From the NCBI GenBank assembly GCA_963755025.1, contig CAVWIH010000026.1:1-64000 (forward strand): 64,000 nucleotides of DNA, written 5' to 3'. This document shows positions 34,359 through 43,988 of the stretch, piece after piece. Source of the stretch: an uncultured Actinomycetes bacterium (GTDB lineage: Bacteria > Actinomycetota > Thermoleophilia > UBA2241). The notes below the pieces were generated by a model. That model saw only the letters and a program-made list of their open reading frames with translations. It was not told the origin of the DNA and did no database searches. Within the stretch, counting starts at the first letter, position 1, and every line of letters begins with the position of its first letter. A program made the translations under genes and the position numbers.

Positions 34359-36047
34359 CTACTTCGCCCCGAACTGCTCGAGCTGCCGGCGCAGCTCACG
34401 CGGCGTGATGCGCAGCCAGTCGGCCGCCTGCTCGAGCGGACACGACGCGCGCTTCGAACAGCGCCAGCACCTGGGCGCGCATGCGCCCCGGCACGCGCAC
34501 ACCCTGCGGCGCTATGCGCCACGGGTTCTGCGACTGGCCGGGCCGCGACTCGGCAGTGAGCACCGAGAGCGTGTCGCGCAGGCCGCCCAGAAAGATCTGC
34601 CGCGAGATGAGCCGCGCCTCGCGGGCGCGCAGCTGCTGGTCGAGCAGTCGCAGCTGCGTGGGGCCGGCGAGTATGCCGGCCGCCTTGGCGCGGTAGCGAG
34701 CCACCCAGAAGCTCACGCCAAAGTGGTTGGCCAAACGCACGACGGTGTCGACGGCCTCGGCGGCGGGGTCGCGCGCGACTGCGCGCGACCCCGCCGCCGC
34801 ACCGTCCATCTCATACCAGCGGCGCACCGCGGCGAGCGGCGCGACGAACTCCTCGGCGAAGGCGTTGGCGTCGGTCTCGTGGCGGCTGCGCCCCGACCAG
34901 TCGATGCGCTCGTCGTAGGCCTCGCCGTGGCCGAGCGCCAAGTGGGCGAACTCGTGGGCCAGGGCGAAGCGCTGCATGGCGACCGGCCGCCCAAAGCCGT
35001 TGACGAAGATGAAGGGACGGACGGCGGGTGGGGCCGCGGCGCGGGCGGCCGAGGCGCTGCCCGGCGCGGCGCTGCTCGCGGCGGCGCGGGCTGCCGCGAG
35101 CGTTTGATAGCGCGGCGCCTCGGGCCGCTGCCGCGCCGGGCGCGCCGCCGCCTGCGGCGGCGCCAGCCCGCGGCGCCGCGACCAGCGCGCAGGCGCCGTG
35201 GGGCGTGTCGCGAGTCGAGGCGGGCGTGGACGACGTCGACGCCCGCCGCCTCGAGCAGCGGCACGAGATCGGGCAGCGGGCCTTCGTCGCCGGCGCCCAG
35301 CTCGTGGCGCCAGAAGCGCGCCAGGCGCACCGGGTCGGCGTGCGTGGCGTGGGGCAGGGCGGCGAACGGCGAGGCGCGCTCGAAGTCGGCGTCGTGGGGT
35401 TCGCCGCTGGCGCCGGCCAGCGCCTCGACGTCGAGGGCGTCGCGCACGACCTCGGCGAACAGCGCCGGCTCGAGGCCGCGCGGCCGCGCGCGGCCGCGCG
35501 GCACGTCGGGCGCTTCCATGGCGAGGTCGCCGGGAGGACTCGCGCCGAACGACGGGCCGAACGACGCGGCGCCCAACAAGGTGTCGCCGGATGACAGTCG
35601 CACCGGCGCCGAGGCGGAGCTCGCCGCCGCCGGGCCTTCGTGCCCGGCGGGACCCGCGGCGGGATCGCGTGCGCCTTCGCTCGGGCCGCGCCGGCCTTCG
35701 GCGCGTACCGCCCGAGCATTACTGCGCGGCGCGGCGGGCTCGTCCCACGGTTCCTGCGGCGACCGGGGCGACTGGAGCATCATCTCGGCCGCGTACGGGT
35801 CGCCGGCGCCAGCGTCGGCCGGATCGGGCGCGAGCAGCACGCCGGGGTCGATCGCCAGAATGCGGGCGAGCTGGCTCACCTGCGCCGCCGACAGCCGGCG
35901 CTGGCCCGACTCTATGCGGCTGAGCGCCGACTGGGTCAGCTCCATGCGGCGGGCGAGCTCGCGCTGCGTCAGGCCGGCGGCGTCGCGCAGCCGCGCCAGG
36001 CGGCGGCCGAGCTCGCGCTCGTGTGAGTAGCCCCGCTCGTCGTCCAC
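34359..36047 (-). CDS. XRE-family HTH regulator fused to ImmA/IrrE metallopeptidase (indels near 35180, 34990 and 34440)
   Basis: LGRRLARLRDAAGLTQRELA..SRIESG HTH; FIFVN, RFALAHEFAH (HExxH), ETDANAFA and HFGVS; GTG with GAAGGAGG RBS. Confidence 0.8.
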
Positions 36048-36130
36048 CGGTCCTCCTTCAGCCTCGGCGCCGCGTCCGACTTTCCCCTGAGTCAAGTCTA
36101 TACCCGTCTTTTCCGTCCGACGTGATGTTA

Positions 36131-36144
36131 GTATGTCATCATAC
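36131..36144. promoter_or_regulatory. Candidate operator GTATG-N4-CATAC in AT-rich divergent promoter region
   Basis: Inverted repeat between the divergent XRE-IrrE and ARPP-1-like genes. Confidence 0.35.
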
Positions 36145-36213
36145 CGAGGAACAATGGTTGCGCGGACGATGTCTCAGAGGCATCGAGCCAGCCGAGCCCA
36201 CGAGGAGGACGCT

Positions 36214-37393
36214 ATGGAAGCTGCGCCAAAGACCGACTACCACGGCCACCCCGGTCGCCCCGGACCGCCCGCCGCCTTCGCGGCTGCGCTGCGGCTGGGC
36301 GCGCCGCAGAGTCACGGCAGCCTCACGGTGGTGCCGCTCGCCTTCTGGCGCGACCGCGGACCGCACTACGACACGCTGGCGGCGGCGCTGCGCGCCGGCA
36401 CCCTCCACGTCACCGAGATCAGCGCCGGCGGCTCGGTGCCCGAGCTGAAGGTGATCAACCAGGGCGCCAGGGCCGTGCTCATGCTCGACGGCGAGGAGCT
36501 CGTGGGCGCCAAGCAGAACCGCGTGTTGAACAGCGCCGTGCTGGTGCGCGAGCACAGCAGCCTCGTGGCACCGGTGAGCTGCGTCGAGGCCGGCCGCTGG
36601 AACTACAGCGGCCACGAGTTCCACGACGAGGAGGTCGTGGTGCACGCCAGGGTGCGGCGCGCCGTGCACGAGTCGGTCTCGATGAGCCTGAGCGCCGCAG
36701 GCGCCCACCGCTCCGACCAGGGCCGCGTGTGGGCCGAGGTCGCCGAACTGCAGGAGTTCGCCGAGCACGCCTCGCATACCGGCGCCCACCGCGACGTCTA
36801 CGCGCAGCGCGCCGGCGACATAGCCGGCTACCTGGACGCCTTCCCGCGGCAGCGCGGCCAGCACGGCCTGCTGGTGCTGCGCGACGGCGCGGTCGTGGGC
36901 CTCGACTTCGTCTCGCGCGCGGCCGCCTACGTCCAGCTGCACGACAAGCTGCTGCGCAGCTACGCGTTCGATGCGGTGACGCGGGAAATGAGCCAGGGGC
37001 GGCGACCGGCCGCGCCGCGCGGCGGTGGGCGGGTGGCCGGTTCGAAGCGCGGGAAGGACACGGGCGCGAGTGGCGGGTCCGGCGGGGGAGAGGGCGAGAG
37101 CGTGGGGCTGCGCCCCGACGCCGCCCTCGCGCGGGCCGCCGCGTTCCTCGAGGCGATCGGCGGGCTGCCGAGCCGCAGCTTCAAGTCGCCGGGGCGCGGC
37201 TGCGACGTGCGCTACTGCGGGCGACGGCATCTCGGGGGCGGCGCTTGAGGTGCGCGGCGTGGTGGTGCACGGAGCGTTCTTTGCGGCTGAGGATGCGCGC
37301 GGCGGCGGCGAGTTGGTCAATGCGGATGCGCAGGCGGAGCTGAGGATGGCGGGGTTCGATCGGAGGAGGGCGTATCTGGAGGGGCTGGTCTGA
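36214..37393 (+). CDS. ARPP-1 / DUF6569-like domain protein (indel near 37222)
   Basis: VTEISAGGSVPEL, LDGEELVGAKQNRVLN, VSCVEAGRW, SDQGRVW and KLLRSYA; GAGGAGG RBS. Confidence 0.75.
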
Positions 37394-37448
37394 GAGGACC
37401 GAGCGAGGCCAGCCAGCTTGGTGGTCCTCGCGGCGACTCAGAGAACCG

Positions 37449-37485
37449 GACTGGTGGGGCGGCGCTGCGCGCCGCCCCACCAGTC
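37449..37485. terminator. 17-bp perfect hairpin downstream of ARPP-1-like gene
   Basis: GACTGGTGGGGCGGCGC-TGC-GCGCCGCCCCACCAGTC. Confidence 0.55.
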
Positions 37486-37641
37486 TTAGAACAGCGGATC
37501 GCTCCCGAGCACGTGGATCTCGGCGGTGCACTTGGAGCGCGTCGACGTCGAGGGTCGGCTCGGTGTGGAGGGGTGGCGGCACTTCGACGAGCCAGGGTTC
37601 GAGGTCTTTCTCGAGGGCGTGCAGGCGCTGGCTCTCGGCTC

Positions 37642-37968
37642 ATGATCGATTCGCACGACGGCTTCCCCGAATCACTGCGGGCGTTCGTCGACGGGGAGGA
37701 GTGGACCTTTGCCAAGACGATGCCCGAGTGGCCTCACGAATACATAGTCCGCGACCGGGTCGACGGGGAGCTCTTCGAGCGCCTGGTCACCCACATTCGC
37801 GACCACGGCTACGAGGGCCGCTTCTACGAGAGGGTCATCACCTACTACGAAGAGGCGGACCTGGTCTACTGGACGATGGGCGCGCCGCTCCGCGAAACGA
37901 CCATCGTCAACCGGTGTCACAGCGAAGACACTTATGCACACCGCCTCAGCCTCGGCACGCTGCCGTAG
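37642..37968 (+). CDS. Small conserved hypothetical protein
   Basis: Aromatic-rich globular sequence WTFAKTMPEWPHEY...YWTMG..TTIVNR; function unknown. Confidence 0.65.
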   Translation: MIDSHDGFPESLRAFVDGEEWTFAKTMPEWPHEYIVRDRVDGELFERLVTHIRDHGYEGRFYERVITYYEEADLVYWTMGAPLRETTIVNRCHSEDTYAHRLSLGTLP

Positions 37969-38245
37969 CCGGGGGTCTCAGGGTTGCCTCGGCCCTCCGC
38001 CGCGCGGTGGCCCGGCGCCGCTTCGGCGCTCTGTCTACACCCCGCTTGCCTCCGGACGCGGTTTCATCGGCGTCTCGCAGATGCTACGGAACGCAGCCAG
38101 CGCTCGGAGGCAGGCCCTCTTGAAGGCGGAGGGAATTGCTCGGCGGCCGGCGTGAGCGCTCGGAGCAGGGTGGCATAGACCGGGAAGAGCACCGTAGAAG
38201 GAGGGCGGGGCTGCACCCGCCCGCCATGCTTACCCCGACCGTGGC

Positions 38246-38422
38246 TAGGTACCCAACCCCACCCTTCGTAGGCACGCCCCGCACACTTGCCCCGCGTCCA
38301 TCAACTCTGCCCCCGTCGGCGTCGATGAGTTTGGTAACACCCCGGCGACTGGGCGACCTTGGCCATTCGGCCTGACCCTCGAAACCGGCGGCAGCCACAC
38401 CCCGCGTTCGAGGAGACAGCCC
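38246..38422 (+). promoter_or_regulatory. Conserved upstream module copy 1: 23-bp-spaced TRGGYA boxes, GCACACTTG, sigma-28-type promoter, structured leader
   Basis: TAGGTA 38246 and TAGGCA 38269; TCAA(38301)-N16-GTCGATGA(38321); homologous to 41398 and 48878 copies. Confidence 0.65.
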
Positions 38423-41110
38423 ATGTTCGCAAGCCGCGCAGGCGCCACGTCGCAAGGATTGGCGGCCGTACCGCCGCAAGGGCCGACCGCTCCGCAACGA
38501 TCGTCGACCATCTTGCCGCAGTCGTCGGCCAGCTCACAGGGTCCGTCGGCCGCGCCGCCACGAGCGCCGCACCGCCCCCGCGCCGCGCGCCTGCGGACCA
38601 CCGCCCTGCTCGTCCTCGCCCTCATCGCCCTAGCCTTGGCCGCCGTCTTCCTCGTGGGCCTGGCCGTGCCGAACGCCGCCCTCGCGGCTAACCAGAAGCC
38701 CTCCGTCACGAGCCTCAGCCCGGCGAGCGGCACCACCGCGGGTGGCACCACGGTGACCGTCAGCGGTCGCGCCTTCACCAGTTTCGGGCGCAGCCTGGTC
38801 ACCAGGGTCGTGTTCGGCGCCAAGGTGGCGCACTACCGCGTCGGAGCGCACAGCACGGTCATCTGCACGGCGCCCGCCGGCACGGGCACCGTCAACGTGT
38901 TCGTCACCACGAAGGGCGGCACCACTGCCAAGGTGAGCGCCGACCGCTACGCCTACAAGGCCCCCATCGTGGCGCCCGCCATCACCGCCTTCGCCTTCGC
39001 GGGTCGCGACACGACCATCAGCGGCGTCATCGACCAGAGCGCCCACACCATCGCCGCGACGGTACCCTTCGGCACCAGCCTCACCGCGCTCGTCGCGACG
39101 TTCACGACGACCGGCTCCGCGGTCAAGGTGGGCGGCGTCGCGCAGGTAAGCGGCGTCACCGCCAACGACTTCAGCGCCCCCGTCGTCTACACGGTCTCTG
39201 CCGCCGGCGCCCCCGCGCAGAGCTACACGGTGACCGTCACGGTCGCGCCCAGCTCGGCCAAGGCGATCACCTCCTTCGGTTTCGACGGCCTCGACCCCGC
39301 CGTCACCGGCACGATCGACCAGAGCGCGCACACCATCGACCTGACCGTGCCCTACGGCACGTCGCTCGACGGACTGGTCGCGACCTTCACGACCACCGGT
39401 GCCTCGGTCTACGTCACCGGCGAGACCCAGTCCAGCGGCCACACGGTCCAAGGCTTCAGCGACCCCGTCGTCTACAAGGTGGTCGCGGCCGATGGCTCCA
39501 ACCAGGACTACACGGTGACCGTCACGGTCGCCGCCGATCCCGCCAAGGCGATCACCGCCTTCAGCTTCGGCGGCCTCGATCCCACCGTCACCGGCGCCAT
39601 CGACGAGACGGCGCACACCATCGCCCTGACCGTGCCCTACGGCACCGACCCGAGCGAGCTGATCGCGAGCTTCACGACCACCGGCGCCTCGGTCGCCATC
39701 GGCGACGTCGCGCAGACGAGCGGGGCCACCGCCAACGACTTCAGCGACCCCGTCACCTACACCGTGACCGCGGCCGACGGGACCACGCAGGACTACACGG
39801 TGACCGTCACGGTCGCCGCCAGCCTCGTCGTGGGCCAAAGCTACGGCGGCGGCGTGGTGGCCTGGCTCGCCGATCCCGGCGACCCGGCGGCCGAGCAGAG
39901 CGGCCTGATCGCCGCCACCGACGACCTCGTCGCGCCATGGGCGCCCGACGGCGACGAGACGACCTCTGTGCCGGGTACCGGCACCGCGCTCGGCAGCGGC
40001 TCGGCGAACACCACCCTGATCATGCTCCAGTACGGCCCCGGCGAGTACGCCGCGAGCGTGGCGCGCGCCTACAACGGCGGCGGCTTCAGCGACTGGTACC
40101 TGCCCAGCAAAGACGAGGTGGCCCAGCTCTACGCAAACGAAGACCAGATAGGCGGCTTTGACGGCGACGACTACTGGAGCTCTTCCGAGTACACCGCCGG
40201 CAACGCCTGGGCCGAGTACTTCTATCTGGGCGTCCCGTTCAGCGGCGCCAAGCACTTCGAGGAGAGGCTGCGGCCCGTGCGCTCGTTCCCGGCCGACCCG
40301 GCCAAGGCGATCGGCTCGTTCACGTTCCCGGCCAGCACCGCCACGACCATCGACCAGAGCGCCCACACGATCGCCGTGACCATGCCCTACGGCACCGACC
40401 TGAGCGATCTGACGGCGAGCTTCACCACGACCGGCGCGGTGGTCGCAGTGGGCAACACCCCGCAGGCGAGCGGCACCACCAGCGACGACTTCAGCGACCC
40501 CGTCACCTACACGGTGACCGCCGCCGACGCCTCCACGCAGGACTACACGGTGACCGTGACCGTCGCTCCGGCGCCTCCCCAGATCGAGGCCGTCGACCCG
40601 CCCTGCGGGCCCATGACCGCCGCGACGGGCGTCACGATCACCGGCAGCGGCTTCACCGGCGCCACCGCGGTGCGCTTCGGCGCGGCGGCGGCCACGAACG
40701 TCGTCGTGGTCAACGACACGCAGATCACCTGCACCGCGCCGTCCTCGGCGCAGAGCCACACCGTCGACGTGACCGTGACCACCCCGGCCGGCACGAGCGC
40801 CCTCACCGGCGGCGACACCTACAGCTACCTCCCCGTGGTGCTCGGCCTCAGCTCCTACGTCGGTGACCTCGACGGGGGCGCCACCATCACGATCACCGGC
40901 GAAGGCTTCACCGGCGTTACAGCGGTCGCCTTCGGTGTGAACGACCCGGCCACCGACGTCGTCGTCGTCAACGACACGCACATCACCTGCACCGTGCCCG
41001 CCTGGATCCCCCAGATCTCGCAGCACGCGAGTGTGACGGTGACCGGTCCGGCCGGCACGAGCAACGGCGCGTTCGACGGCGTCTCTTACTACTACTACGA
41101 GATGGACTGA
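38423..41110 (+). CDS. Exported surface protein: IPT/TIG, Ig-like (DUF5018-like) repeats, DUF1566/Lcl-like insert, two IPT/TIG
   Basis: Hydrophobic segment ending ALA; repeats AKAITxF..GxIDQSAHTI..VPYGT..NDFSDPVxYTVTAADG; DWYLPSKDE..YWSSSE..RPVRSF insert; GAGGAG RBS. Confidence 0.8.
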   Translation: MFASRAGATSQGLAAVPPQGPTAPQRSSTILPQSSASSQGPSAAPPRAPHRPRAARLRTTALLVLALIALALAAVFLVGLAVPNAALAANQKPSVTSLSPASGTTAGGTTVTVSGRAFTSFGRSLVTRVVFGAKVAHYRVGAHSTVICTAPAGTGTVNVFVTTKGGTTAKVSADRYAYKAPIVAPAITAFAFAGRDTTISGVIDQSAHTIAATVPFGTSLTALVATFTTTGSAVKVGGVAQVSGVTANDFSAPVVYTVSAAGAPAQSYTVTVTVAPSSAKAITSFGFDGLDPAVTGTIDQSAHTIDLTVPYGTSLDGLVATFTTTGASVYVTGETQSSGHTVQGFSDPVVYKVVAADGSNQDYTVTVTVAADPAKAITAFSFGGLDPTVTGAIDETAHTIALTVPYGTDPSELIASFTTTGASVAIGDVAQTSGATANDFSDPVTYTVTAADGTTQDYTVTVTVAASLVVGQSYGGGVVAWLADPGDPAAEQSGLIAATDDLVAPWAPDGDETTSVPGTGTALGSGSANTTLIMLQYGPGEYAASVARAYNGGGFSDWYLPSKDEVAQLYANEDQIGGFDGDDYWSSSEYTAGNAWAEYFYLGVPFSGAKHFEERLRPVRSFPADPAKAIGSFTFPASTATTIDQSAHTIAVTMPYGTDLSDLTASFTTTGAVVAVGNTPQASGTTSDDFSDPVTYTVTAADASTQDYTVTVTVAPAPPQIEAVDPPCGPMTAATGVTITGSGFTGATAVRFGAAAATNVVVVNDTQITCTAPSSAQSHTVDVTVTTPAGTSALTGGDTYSYLPVVLGLSSYVGDLDGGATITITGEGFTGVTAVAFGVNDPATDVVVVNDTHITCTVPAWIPQISQHASVTVTGPAGTSNGAFDGVSYYYYEMD

Positions 41111-41204
41111 CCGGCGCGCCGCACCGGCCCGCACGCTGGACCGGACCAGAGGGGCGACCGGGGCGTTGGACTCAAAGCAGCCGGCGGTCTCACAGGCGCA
41201 TGAG

Positions 41205-41250
41205 CAAGACGGCGAGGGGGCCCGCGAAAGCGGGCCCCCTCGCCGTCTTG
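41205..41250. terminator. 21-bp perfect hairpin with GAAA loop
   Basis: CAAGACGGCGAGGGGGCCCGC-GAAA-GCGGGCCCCCTCGCCGTCTTG; near-identical hairpin at 43880. Confidence 0.75.
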
Positions 41251-41390
41251 CCGCGCTTGTCCGAGCGCCCGAGCGACGCCGTCTGCCGCGCTTGTCCGAC
41301 GCCCGAGCGACGCCGTCTGCCGCGCTTGTCCGGCGCCCGAGCGACGCCGTCCGCCGCGCCTGTCCGACGCCCGAGCGACGCCGTCTGCCG
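41250..41390. repeat. Tandem repeat, about 34 bp x4, no spacers
   Basis: Unit GCCGCGCTTGTCCGACGCCCGAGCGACGCCGTCT. Confidence 0.85.
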
Positions 41391-41397
41391 CCAGACC

Positions 41398-41572
41398 TGG
41401 GTACCCGACCCCACCCTCGCTAGGCAAGCTCCGCACTCTTGTCCCACTCCCTCAACTCCGCTCCCGTACGAGCCGATGAGGTTGGTACGACCCCGGCGAC
41501 TGGGCGCACCTCAGCCATTGGCCTGAACTAGGAGCCGGCGGCAGCCAGACCCCGCGTTCGAGGAGACAGCCC
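41398..41572 (+). promoter_or_regulatory. Conserved upstream module copy 2
   Basis: TGGGTA 41398 and TAGGCA 41421; GCACTCTTG; TCAA(41452)-N16-GCCGATGA(41472). Confidence 0.65.
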
Positions 41573-43774
41573 ATGTCCGCAAGCCGCGCAGGCGCCCCGT
41601 CGCACCGATCGGCGCCACCGCCGCACCCGGCGGTCGCGCCACCGCACCCCACTGCCACATCGCCGCACCCGGCGGTCGCGCCACCGCACCCGTCTGCCAC
41701 ATCGCCGCACTCGTCCCACCGCCCGCGCGCGGCGCGCTCGCGGGCCGTGCCCCAGCTCGCGCTCGGTCTGATCGGCTTGGCCCTGGTCGCAGTCTTCCTG
41801 GTGGGCATGGCCGCCCCGAGCGCCGCCTTTGCGGCCAACAAGAAGCCCTCCGTCACGAGCCTCAGCCCGGCCAGTGGCACCACGGCGGGCGGCACCATCG
41901 TGACGGTCGACGGCCGCGCCTTCACCAGCTTCGGCCGCAGCCTGGTCACCAAGGTCACGTTCGGCAAGAAGGCGGCGCGTTACCACGTGAACGCCTATAG
42001 CCAGGTGATCTGCACGGCGCCCCCCGGCAAGGGCACCGTGAACGTGATCATCACGACCAAGGGTGGCACCACCGCCAAGGTGAGCGCCGACCATTACACC
42101 TACAAGGCTCCCATCGTGGCGCCGGCCATCACCGCCTTCAGCCTTCCGGTGGACGACGCCACCGTCCACGGCGTCATCGACCAGAGCGCCCACACCATCG
42201 CCGTGACCTTGCCCTACGGCACCAGCGTCACCGCGCTCGTCGCGAGCTTCACCACCACCGGCTCCGCCGTCAAAGTGGGGGGCGTCGCCCAGGTCAGCGG
42301 CGTCACCGCCAACGACTTCAGCGCGCCGGTCATCTATACGGTGAGCGCCGCCGGCGCCCCGTCGCAGAGCTACACGGTGACCGTCACCGTCGCGCCCAGT
42401 TCGGCCAAGGCGATCACCTCGTTCGGTTTTGCGAACACCGAACCCGGCGTGACCGGCACGATCGACCAGAGCGCTCACACCATCGCCGTGACCGTTCCCT
42501 ACGGCACCCCGCTCGACGGACTGGTCGCGAGCTTCACGACCACCGGCGCCGCGGTCAAGGTCGGCGACGTCACCCAGGTTAGCGGCACGACCCACAACGA
42601 CTTCAGCGACCCGGTCGTCTACACCGTGACCGCGGCCGACGGCTCGACCCAGGACTACACCGTGAACGTCACGGTCGCCCTCAACCCAGCCAAGGCGATC
42701 ACCGCCTTCAGCTTCGACGGCCTCGATCCCGCCGTCACCGGCACGATCGACCAGACCGCGCACGCCATCACGCTGACACTGCCGTTCGGCGCCAGCACGA
42801 GCGGCCTTGTGGCGAGCTTCACGACCAGCGGCGCCTCGGTCGCGGTCGGCGACGTCGCTCAGGTCAGCGGCACCACCGCCAACGACTTCAGTGAGTCGCT
42901 GGTCTACACGGTGACCGCCGCCGACGGCTCCACGCAGGACTACACGGTGACCGTCACGGTCGCGCTCAACCCCGCCAAGGCGATCACCGACTTCGACTTC
43001 TACGGCCCCGATCTTGCCGTCGGCATGATCGACCAGAGCGACCACAGCATCGCCGTGACGGTGCCGGGCGGCACCGACGTGAGCGACCTGGTGGCGAGCT
43101 TCACGACCACTGGCGCCTCGGTCGCCGTGGGCGACGTCGCCCAGGTCAGCGGCACGACCGCCAACGACTTCAGCGACCCCGTCACCTACACGGTGACCGC
43201 CGCCGACGGATCCACGCAGGACTACACGGTTACCGTGACCGCCGTGTGGGCGCGTCCCGAGGTCGACGAGATCGCTCCGTCGAGCGGTCCACTCATCGAG
43301 GGTGGGGACGTCGATGTCTTCGGCCGCGGCTTCACCGGCGCCACCGCGGTGCACTTCGGTACGCAGGAGGCCATGGACTTCTTCGTGATGGATGACTCGG
43401 AGATGATCTGCTTCGCGCCGCCCGCTATGGAGACCGGCAGAGTCGACCTGACTGTGACCTCACCGGCCGGCACGAGCGCCACCTCGAGCAGCGACCAGTT
43501 CACCTACCTGCCCGAGGTCGACCGCGTCAGTCCGAACAGCGGTGACACTGATGGCGGCTACACCGTCACGATCGAAGGCATGGGTCTCGACGGCGCCACC
43601 AACGTCGACTTCGGTGCCAACAACCCGGCCGTCATCACCTACGATGACTATGATGAGATCCAGTGCATCGTGCCCGCCTGGTTGCCGCAAGACCCCCTGG
43701 ACTCGCCGGTCACGGTCACCGTCCCGGCGGGCACGAGCAACGGCTGGCTCACGTTCCACTACGAAGCCGACTGA
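41573..43774 (+). CDS. Paralogous exported IPT/TIG plus Ig-like repeat surface protein (no DUF1566 insert)
   Basis: Clear paralog of 38423 gene; Pro/His repeat N-terminus, hydrophobic signal, four Ig-like repeats and two C-terminal IPT domains. Confidence 0.82.
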   Translation: MSASRAGAPSHRSAPPPHPAVAPPHPTATSPHPAVAPPHPSATSPHSSHRPRAARSRAVPQLALGLIGLALVAVFLVGMAAPSAAFAANKKPSVTSLSPASGTTAGGTIVTVDGRAFTSFGRSLVTKVTFGKKAARYHVNAYSQVICTAPPGKGTVNVIITTKGGTTAKVSADHYTYKAPIVAPAITAFSLPVDDATVHGVIDQSAHTIAVTLPYGTSVTALVASFTTTGSAVKVGGVAQVSGVTANDFSAPVIYTVSAAGAPSQSYTVTVTVAPSSAKAITSFGFANTEPGVTGTIDQSAHTIAVTVPYGTPLDGLVASFTTTGAAVKVGDVTQVSGTTHNDFSDPVVYTVTAADGSTQDYTVNVTVALNPAKAITAFSFDGLDPAVTGTIDQTAHAITLTLPFGASTSGLVASFTTSGASVAVGDVAQVSGTTANDFSESLVYTVTAADGSTQDYTVTVTVALNPAKAITDFDFYGPDLAVGMIDQSDHSIAVTVPGGTDVSDLVASFTTTGASVAVGDVAQVSGTTANDFSDPVTYTVTAADGSTQDYTVTVTAVWARPEVDEIAPSSGPLIEGGDVDVFGRGFTGATAVHFGTQEAMDFFVMDDSEMICFAPPAMETGRVDLTVTSPAGTSATSSSDQFTYLPEVDRVSPNSGDTDGGYTVTIEGMGLDGATNVDFGANNPAVITYDDYDEIQCIVPAWLPQDPLDSPVTVTVPAGTSNGWLTFHYEAD

Positions 43775-43879
43775 GCTCTGCGTCGGGCTGGACCTGCGCA
43801 GAGGGCCGGCCCTGCGCGTCGGGCCCACCTTGCGCGTCGGGCCGGGTGGGCCGACGGTCTCACAAGCGGCGCGCGTACG

Positions 43880-43917
43880 AACGGCGAGGGGCCCGCGAAA
43901 GCGGGCCCCTCGCCGTT
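43880..43917. terminator. 17-bp hairpin with GAAA loop between convergent genes
   Basis: AACGGCGAGGGGCCCGC-GAAA-GCGGGCCCCTCGCCGTT. Confidence 0.7.
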
Positions 43918-43988
43918 GTCTTCGCTCGGCTCACATCGCGCGGCGCTCCGCGCCGGGCGGCCGACCCCGCGCCCGCGCGGGGCGCGCG

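Noticed and set aside
39820-40290. DUF1566 domain as a diversity-generating retroelement target
   Set aside because: No reverse transcriptase and no template repeat differing at adenines in the window; the domain is internal
41250-41390. 34-bp repeats as a CRISPR array
   Set aside because: Units are directly adjacent with no unique spacers, and no cas genes are in the window
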